From contig NZ_CP019633.1 in NCBI RefSeq assembly GCF_001997385.1, forward strand, positions 1,650,001 through 1,682,000: a stretch of 32,000 nucleotides of DNA, in the 5' to 3' direction. The stretch is from Sedimentisphaera cyanobacteriorum. GTDB taxonomy: Bacteria; Planctomycetota; Phycisphaerae; Sedimentisphaerales; Sedimentisphaeraceae. The notes beneath the pieces are model-generated. The model worked only from the letters and a program-made list of their open reading frames with translations, made no database searches and had not been told where the DNA came from. Of the stretch, positions 26,641 to 32,000 are shown piece by piece (position 1 is the first letter of the stretch; every line of letters begins with the position of its first letter). The position numbers and the translations under genes were made by a program.

Positions 26641-29145
26641 TCAGCTGCTCACCGGCTGAGCAGAATACTCGAACTTGAGGCTGTCTTCGTCTTTCACCGT
26701 AATGGTAATATGCTCAGACTTATCAAACTCGTTCCTGAGAAGCGCTTCTGAGAGCGGATCTTCGATATACTTCTCGATAGCCCTTCTCAGCGGCCTTGCA
26801 CCGTGTTCAGGATTATAACCCTTATCTATAAGGAAATCCTTAGCGCTTTCGTCCACGTCAATTTTGATTCCCTTCTCTCTTATCCTGTTCAGCACCTTAT
26901 CCAGTTCATACTGAATAATAACGGTAAGGTCTTCCTTGGTCAGGCCGCGGAATACAATATTATCGTCGAGACGATTCATAAACTCCGGCCTGAAATGTTT
27001 TTCTATTTCTTTCTCCAAGAGAGAAGACATCTTTTCGTAGTTGTCCTGCTCTGTTCTTTTACCAAAGCCGAAGCCTGTCTGATTTCTGATCATATCAGCG
27101 CCGATGTTGCTGGTCATAATCAAAATTACGTTCCTGAAATCCACCTTGCGTCCGTAGCTGTCTGTGAGCCGGCCTTCTTCCATTATCTGAAGCAGCATAT
27201 TGGACACATCCGGATGCGCCTTCTCGATCTCATCAAGAAGCAGAACAGCGTAAGGCCTTCTGCGGATTCTCTCGGTGAGCTGGCCGCCTTCTTCGTATCC
27301 AACGTATCCAGGAGGAGCGCCTATGAGCTTGCTCACATTGTACTTCTCCATATATTCGCTCATATCCAGCTGTATCAGGGCGCTTTCATCGCCGAACATA
27401 AATTCGGCAAGAGCCCTTGCAAGAAGCGTTTTACCAACACCGCTCGGACCAATAAACAGGAAGCTCGCGATAGGCCTGTTAGGGTCTTTTATACCTGAAC
27501 GGCTCCGCCTTACCGCCTTTGCCACAGCAGTGATGGCCTGATCCTGAGACACGACAGTTTTGTGCAGTTCAGATTCAATTTCAAGCAGTTTTTCGGCATC
27601 GTCTTTTTCCACTCTCGTAAGAGGGACGCCAGTTATCTTGCTCACGATTTCGGCGATAACATCCTCATCGATCTCGCCTACAAAGCTCTCGTTTTCCTTT
27701 TCCCAGTCTTCCTGCTTCTGCTTTTTCTCTTCGTTGAGCTTCTGGGCTTCATCTCTCAGCGCTGCTGCCTGCTCGTAATTAGCATTTCGCACCGCCTCTT
27801 CCTTCTGGGCATTGAGCTCTTCGATACGGCTGTTTATATCTGTAAAGTCCGGCGGAGGGGTAAGGTTTCTAAGCCTCATACTCGAGCCGGCTTCATCAAG
27901 AATATCGATCGCCTTGTCCGGCAGACACCTGCCTGTAATATAACGCGAAGAAAGTTCCACAGCGGAATTGAGGGCGTTTTCGGTGTATGTAACTTTGTGA
28001 TGCGTTTCATACTTTTCTCTGAGCCCGTGGAGAATTTCGAGGGTATCGTTTTTTGAAGGCGGGTCCACCTGTATCGTCTGAAATCTGCGTTCAAGTGCAG
28101 AGTCCTTCTCAATGTGCTTGCGGTATTCATCGAGCGTTGTAGCCCCGATACACTGGAGCTCGCCTCTTGCTAAGGCAGGCTTTAGAACATTTGAGGCATC
28201 TATAGCCCCTTCAGCACCCCCTGCCCCTACAAGCGTATGGAGCTCATCGATAAAGAGGATCACGTTCTTTTCACGCTTTACCTCATTGATAACTGCCTTT
28301 ATCCTCTCTTCAAACTGGCCGCGGTATTTTGTTCCTGCTACCATCATCGCAAGGTCTAGGATTATCAGCCTCTTATTGTACAGCAGAGGCGGGATAGACT
28401 TTTCTACAATCCGCTGCGCCATACCTTCTACTATTGCAGTTTTTCCTACGCCTGCCTCTCCAAGAAGTACGGGGTTGTTCTTCGTTCTTCTGCAGAGTAT
28501 CTGCAAGAGGCGTTCAATTTCGTTGGATCTGCCTATAACCGGATCCAGCTCGTTGTTTTTGGCGAGAGTTGTAAGGTCTCTTCCGAAGTTGTCTAATGCC
28601 GGCGTTTTGGATTTCGGCCTGCCCTGCCTTCTCTGCTGGGGGCCTTGCCCCATTCCGGGAGGCGTCTGCTGTGACATCTCATCAACATCCATGCCCTCCT
28701 GCTCCATACCCGAGCCGAGAAGATTAAGCACTTCATCTCGGACAGTGTCTAGCTTGAGCCCGAGGTTCATCAGAATCTGAGCCGCTATACCGTCTGTAAC
28801 TCTCAAAAGCCCGAGAAGAAGGTGTTCAGTACCAACGTAATTGTGGTTGAGGCTTCTCGCCTCTTCGATTGCGTATTCTATCACCCTCTTTGATTTGGGC
28901 GTTTGAGGAAGCTTGCCCGCTGAGATAACGTTCGGTCCGCTTTTGACGTACTTCTCAACCTCAATCCTGAGCTTGTTTACATCAACACCGAGATTCTTGA
29001 GCACGTTCGCTCCTACCCCGCTGCCTTCTTTGGAAAGACCGAGAAGTATATGCTCTGTACCAAGAGACTCATGGTTAAACCTTAGAGCCTCCTGATTGGC
29101 AAGCGCCATCACCTTTCTTGCGCGGTCTGTAAATCTTTCAAACAT
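26641..29145 (-). CDS. clpC: ATP-dependent Clp protease ATP-binding subunit ClpC (class I Hsp100)
   Basis: 834 aa. It has two Clp_N repeats (LGTEHILLGL, VGTEHLLLGL), D1 Walker A GEAGVGKT, a UVR-like middle motif (VRNANYEQAAALRDEAQKL), D2 Walker A GPSGVGKT and GARPLRRAIE. Confidence 0.93.
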   Translation of the reverse strand: MFERFTDRARKVMALANQEALRFNHESLGTEHILLGLSKEGSGVGANVLKNLGVDVNKLRIEVEKYVKSGPNVISAGKLPQTPKSKRVIEYAIEEARSLNHNYVGTEHLLLGLLRVTDGIAAQILMNLGLKLDTVRDEVLNLLGSGMEQEGMDVDEMSQQTPPGMGQGPQQRRQGRPKSKTPALDNFGRDLTTLAKNNELDPVIGRSNEIERLLQILCRRTKNNPVLLGEAGVGKTAIVEGMAQRIVEKSIPPLLYNKRLIILDLAMMVAGTKYRGQFEERIKAVINEVKREKNVILFIDELHTLVGAGGAEGAIDASNVLKPALARGELQCIGATTLDEYRKHIEKDSALERRFQTIQVDPPSKNDTLEILHGLREKYETHHKVTYTENALNSAVELSSRYITGRCLPDKAIDILDEAGSSMRLRNLTPPPDFTDINSRIEELNAQKEEAVRNANYEQAAALRDEAQKLNEEKKQKQEDWEKENESFVGEIDEDVIAEIVSKITGVPLTRVEKDDAEKLLEIESELHKTVVSQDQAITAVAKAVRRSRSGIKDPNRPIASFLFIGPSGVGKTLLARALAEFMFGDESALIQLDMSEYMEKYNVSKLIGAPPGYVGYEEGGQLTERIRRRPYAVLLLDEIEKAHPDVSNMLLQIMEEGRLTDSYGRKVDFRNVILIMTSNIGADMIRNQTGFGFGKRTEQDNYEKMSSLLEKEIEKHFRPEFMNRLDDNIVFRGLTKEDLTVIIQYELDKVLNRIREKGIKIDVDESAKDFLIDKGYNPEHGARPLRRAIEKYIEDPLSEALLRNEFDKSEHITITVKDEDSLKFEYSAQPVSS

Positions 29146-29232
29146 AATTTTAATCCTATTTCGGCTAAAGCCGTTTATTCTTAATATTGATTTATCGGTA
29201 AACCCGTATCATTAAAGACAAAACAAACAGTG

Positions 29233-29260
29233 ATTATAAATCAAAGCTGATTTTTGTAAA
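29233..29260 (-). promoter_or_regulatory. Candidate sigma-70 promoter for clpC (TTTACA-N16-TATAAT)
   Basis: Minus-strand read: tttacaaaaatcagctttgatttataat. The -35 is at 29260-29255 and the -10 at 29238-29233, about 85 nt upstream of the clpC ATG. Confidence 0.4.
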
Positions 29261-29360
29261 CTCTTATGAAGGCTGTTAAAGAATTTTTCGAAAAACAAAA
29301 TTCAAGTTTCCATACTTATTTTAGCGTGTGCCTGTTCGAAATGTTTACTTTGAACCCATC

Positions 29361-29410
29361 AGCGCTAACTTTACTGCGCAACTGTAAACTATTGTTAGCG
29401 CTAACATTTA
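29361..29410. promoter_or_regulatory. Repeated AGCGCTAAC motif, including a perfect 12-bp palindrome GTTAGCGCTAAC; candidate operator or enhancer
   Basis: AGCGCTAAC occurs at 29361-29369 and 29397-29405, 36 nt apart. The second copy lies in the perfect palindrome 29394-29405, which is itself flanked by the inverted GTAAACT (29384-29390) / AGTTTAC (29418-29424). Confidence 0.3.
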
Positions 29411-29485
29411 ACTGAACAGTTTACGTACTTGCCTCAAACCCGCCATCAAAGCTGTAAGAGCCCTGTTTGCAATTTCCAAAAACAT

Positions 29486-29500
29486 TGGCACGAATTTTGT
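29486..29500 (+). promoter_or_regulatory. Sigma-54-like -24/-12 promoter candidate upstream of the lipoprotein/DUF302/MMPL operon
   Basis: TGGCACGAATTTTGT versus TGGCACG-N4-TTGC has one mismatch in the -12 GC. It ends 43 nt before the ATG at 29543. Confidence 0.3.
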
Positions 29501-29542
29501 GTGTTAGGCAGGAAAAACATTTTCTAACTGAAAGGGAATAAA

Positions 29543-29707
29543 ATGAAAAAGATTAGAAAAACAATGAACGTTTTAGCAGTTGCAGCAATGCTTTTTGCAG
29601 CAGGCTGCAGTACGAATCTAAGCGGCAGCGGCTGTGCAGAACCAGACAATGCGTGCAGCTCGCAGGAAGAAATCAACGATTACACTGGCGAACAGCCTGA
29701 AAACTGA
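29543..29707 (+). CDS. Small (54-aa) putative lipoprotein
   Basis: It is below the ORF-track length cutoff. My translation is MKKIRKTMNVLAVAAMLFAAGCSTNLSGSGCAEPDNACSSQEEINDYTGEQPEN. It has a basic N-terminus, a hydrophobic core, a lipobox-like AAGC, and SD aaggga upstream. The next gene follows 27 nt later. Confidence 0.5.
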   Translation: MKKIRKTMNVLAVAAMLFAAGCSTNLSGSGCAEPDNACSSQEEINDYTGEQPEN

Positions 29708-29734
29708 AAACAGAAATCATAATAGGAGCAAGAA

Positions 29735-30277
29735 ATGTCTGAAGAAATGAATCAGGAGTCTCAGCAGAATCAGGAACAGCAAAACGGCGTAAAGAAAGGT
29801 TTCGACTGGAAATCCGGCATCATAGGAGCGGTAGTCGCAGCTGCAGCTGTCGTAATTTTGATGGTGCAGGTAATGCCGTCTATGATGATTACCACAAGAG
29901 AATGCAAGATGGGCGTAGAAGAAACCGTGGCAGCTCTGGAGGAAAGAATCCCCGAACACGGCTGGAGCATCTCGCACGGCAAGCCAATAAATATGAATGC
30001 AGCTATGGCCAAACGGGGTGTAGATTTCGAGCCCAAAGTTCGTCTGGTTAAGCTGTGCAAGGCGCCTTACGCCAAGAGCGTGCTCACCAGCGACCGCTGG
30101 GTCTCCTGTATGATGCCCTGCACGATGGCTGTATGGGAGGGAGATAACGGTAAGGCATATCTCTCCGAAATGAACCTTTCACTGATGTCCAAGCTTTTCG
30201 GCGGCAATATCAAAAAGGTTATGGGCGGTAAAGTAGTAGAAGAAGAAGAAAAGATACTTGAGGGTTTGCTGAAGTAA
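29735..30277 (+). CDS. Membrane-anchored DUF302-domain protein
   Basis: 180 aa with SD aggag. It has a Q/E-rich N-terminus, one TM (GIIGAVVAAAAVVILMV), then a DUF302-like core (VEETVAALEERIPEHGWSISHGKPINMN...VRLVKLCKAPYAKSVL...MMPCTMAVWEGDNGKAYLSEMN). Confidence 0.7.
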   Translation: MSEEMNQESQQNQEQQNGVKKGFDWKSGIIGAVVAAAAVVILMVQVMPSMMITTRECKMGVEETVAALEERIPEHGWSISHGKPINMNAAMAKRGVDFEPKVRLVKLCKAPYAKSVLTSDRWVSCMMPCTMAVWEGDNGKAYLSEMNLSLMSKLFGGNIKKVMGGKVVEEEEKILEGLLK

Positions 30278-30343
30278 TCATTGAACAGCCAAAATTCAAT
30301 GTTACAATCAACCCATTACAATTATTAAGCTGAGGGATTTTAT

Positions 30344-32000
30344 ATGAACTTTCGTGAAAAGCTGACAGAGTTTTCCCTTCACAGGCACAAAGCGGTAACC
30401 GCAATTGTTACAGCAGTTACCCTGCTTGCAATTATATTTGCTGGCGGTCCGTCTTTATTTCCCAACGCCTTAAGCGGGCTCAACAAGGTAGAGATCGATA
30501 CAGATCCTGAAAATATGCTCCCCGACGATGAGCCGGTGCGCGTTTTTCACAATGAGATGAAAGATGAATTCACGCTGCACGATATGGTAGTTGTGGGCGT
30601 GGTTAATGAAGAGCACCCCGAAGGCGTTTTCAATGTTGAAACGCTGAAAAACGTTTACGAGCTCACCGAATACATTAAGACGCTCACTTGGACAGAAGAC
30701 GGCGAGCAGGAAGGCGTGGTAAAGGCAGACCTTATCGCCCCTTCCACTGTTGACAATATAGAGCAGGGAGGGCTCGGAACGGTTCACTTTGAGTGGCTTA
30801 TGCCGGCCCCGCCGGAAACGCCTGAAGAGGCTCAGGCAATCAGAGACAACGCCTCAGACATACCGTTTCTTGAGGGGACTCTTGTTTCCGAAGACGGGAA
30901 GGCTCTGGGAATATACATACCAATCACAAAGAAAGACCTCAGCTATAAGGTTTACAGCTCGCTGAAGGATAAGATCGAGACCTTCAGCGGCTCTGAGAAA
31001 TATCACATTACAGGTCTTCCTGTGGCTGAAGATACATTCGGCGTTGAAATGTTCAAGCAGATGGCAATCTCCGCCCCCACTGCTATGGTTATAATCTTTA
31101 TCATAATGCTGATTTTCTTCAGGAAACTGCATGTGATAATCTCGCCGATGATTGTGGCTCTTGTCTCGGTTATAGTAACTATGGGAGCTCTTATAATCTC
31201 GGGATTCCCCGTGCATATAATGAGCAGTATGATTCCCATATTCATAATGCCTATAGCGGTTCTCGATTCGATCCACATCATCAGCGAGTTCTTCGAGATA
31301 TACCAGAAACACAAAGACCGCAAGAAAACCATGCACAAGGTGATGGAAGACTTGTTCGTGCCAATGCTCTACACATCGCTGACATCCGCAGCGGGCTTTG
31401 CCTCCCTTGCGCTTACCCCGATACCTCCTGTACAGGTGTTCGGTGTGTTCGTAGCACTGGGAATTATGGTAGCGTGGTTTCTCACAATCACGTTTATCCC
31501 CGCATACGTTATGCACCTCAAACCCGAGACGCTTCATAAATTCGGGCGTGAACACGATGAGAACGGCTTCAAGAAAGACGATGATTCTGTTCTTGGCAGA
31601 TGGCTCGGGAAACACGGCATCTGGACGTACAACAGGACAAAGCTCATACTCACTGCTGCGGCTGTAGTTATTGCGATAAGCATCTACGGAATCAGCAAGA
31701 TTGAGATAAACGACAACCCCGTGAAGTGGTTCGAAAAGGACCACCCGATCCGTGAGGCGGACAGAGTGCTCAACGAGCACTTCGGCGGGACGTATATGGC
31801 CTACCTAGCCCTTGAAAGCCAAGAGGACAGCCCGAAAGAGTCTGCTAAGAAGCTCGCTGAAACATTAACAGAAAAAGCCGATGCCAAGATTAAACAGTAT
31901 CAGCAGGAAAGCTGGCCTGAAGCAGTGGAAGTGTTTGAGAATCTCAAAGAGAGCATTTCCGAAATGAACAAAACAGCTTCCAGCCCGGCCGGCCTGCTTG
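30344..32000 (+). CDS. MMPL/RND-superfamily transporter (HpnN-like); N-terminal ~552 codons, continues past the window
   Basis: It is absent from the ORF track because it has no stop in the window. My translation from the ATG at 30344 (MNFREKLTEFSLHRHKAVTAIVTAVTLLAIIFAG...) is open to base 32000. It has an N-terminal TM, a large periplasmic loop, then a five-TM block (FKQMAISAPTAMVIIFIIMLIFF...MIPIFIMPIAVLDSIHIISEF...LYTSLTSAAGFASLALTPIPPVQVFGVFVALGIMVAWFLTITFIPA) typical of MMPL/SSD transporters. Confidence 0.85.
   Translation, partial: MNFREKLTEFSLHRHKAVTAIVTAVTLLAIIFAGGPSLFPNALSGLNKVEIDTDPENMLPDDEPVRVFHNEMKDEFTLHDMVVVGVVNEEHPEGVFNVETLKNVYELTEYIKTLTWTEDGEQEGVVKADLIAPSTVDNIEQGGLGTVHFEWLMPAPPETPEEAQAIRDNASDIPFLEGTLVSEDGKALGIYIPITKKDLSYKVYSSLKDKIETFSGSEKYHITGLPVAEDTFGVEMFKQMAISAPTAMVIIFIIMLIFFRKLHVIISPMIVALVSVIVTMGALIISGFPVHIMSSMIPIFIMPIAVLDSIHIISEFFEIYQKHKDRKKTMHKVMEDLFVPMLYTSLTSAAGFASLALTPIPPVQVFGVFVALGIMVAWFLTITFIPAYVMHLKPETLHKFGREHDENGFKKDDDSVLGRWLGKHGIWTYNRTKLILTAAAVVIAISIYGISKIEINDNPVKWFEKDHPIREADRVLNEHFGGTYMAYLALESQEDSPKESAKKLAETLTEKADAKIKQYQQESWPEAVEVFENLKESISEMNKTASSPAGLL

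Noticed and set aside
29146-29400. Search for a CtsR box (tandem GGTCAAA heptads) upstream of clpC
   Set aside because: No GGTCAAA-type direct repeat is present, so the firmicute CtsR model does not apply here.
30854-31780. A 308-aa minus-strand ORF, and similar long antisense ORFs at 5354-6049, 25749-26462, 26803-27498 and 28112-28780
   Set aside because: Each is fully antisense to a strongly supported gene (MMPL, nfnB, comM, clpC). Their translations are low-complexity (H/Y/R- or S/P-rich) with no recognisable motifs and no SD. These are typical shadow ORFs.

Overview
This 32-kb chromosomal window most likely comes from an anaerobic member of the Planctomycetota, possibly Phycisphaerae-like. 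That assignment is tentative. It rests on the 16S rRNA gene at 10318-11856, which has the planctomycete-type GGCTGCAGTAACGAATCTT form of the 341-370 region and is not followed by tRNA, 23S or 5S genes. Most of the window is housekeeping: an ECF sigma / FecR anti-sigma pair (the anti-sigma gene runs off the left edge and is missing from the ORF track), tandem clpP paralogs, an NfnAB/SudAB-type oxidoreductase, dnaK, a secreted FG-GAP/ASPIC (CRTAC1-like) protein, the solitary 16S gene, gap, a porin, a MoxR-DUF58-DUF4381-VWA (Bat-like) operon, a DinG-family helicase, comM/yifB and clpC. A small-lipoprotein / DUF302 / MMPL-RND operon runs off the right edge; its first and last genes are also missing from the ORF track. 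Accessory content is one complete IS (13655-15124, 30-bp terminal inverted repeats) and a two-gene ABC-type ATPase + RloB-like module (20617-22539). That module has the architecture of AbiL/PARIS-type defence pairs, and its second gene is split by a 1-nt frameshift in an A7 run. It is the best candidate for an accessory system here, but its family looks recognisable rather than new. Non-coding points of interest are: a near-perfect sigma-54 -24/-12 motif upstream of dnaK; a weaker sigma-54-like motif with upstream palindromes before the lipoprotein/DUF302/MMPL operon; a consensus-like promoter followed by a ~180-nt non-coding leader and an intrinsic terminator directly upstream of the TTG start of dinG; and a full rrn leader (promoter, boxA, processing stem) plus terminator around the lone 16S gene. 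I found no CRISPR array and no tRNA gene. All promoter and terminator calls come from reading the sequence by eye and are unverified.
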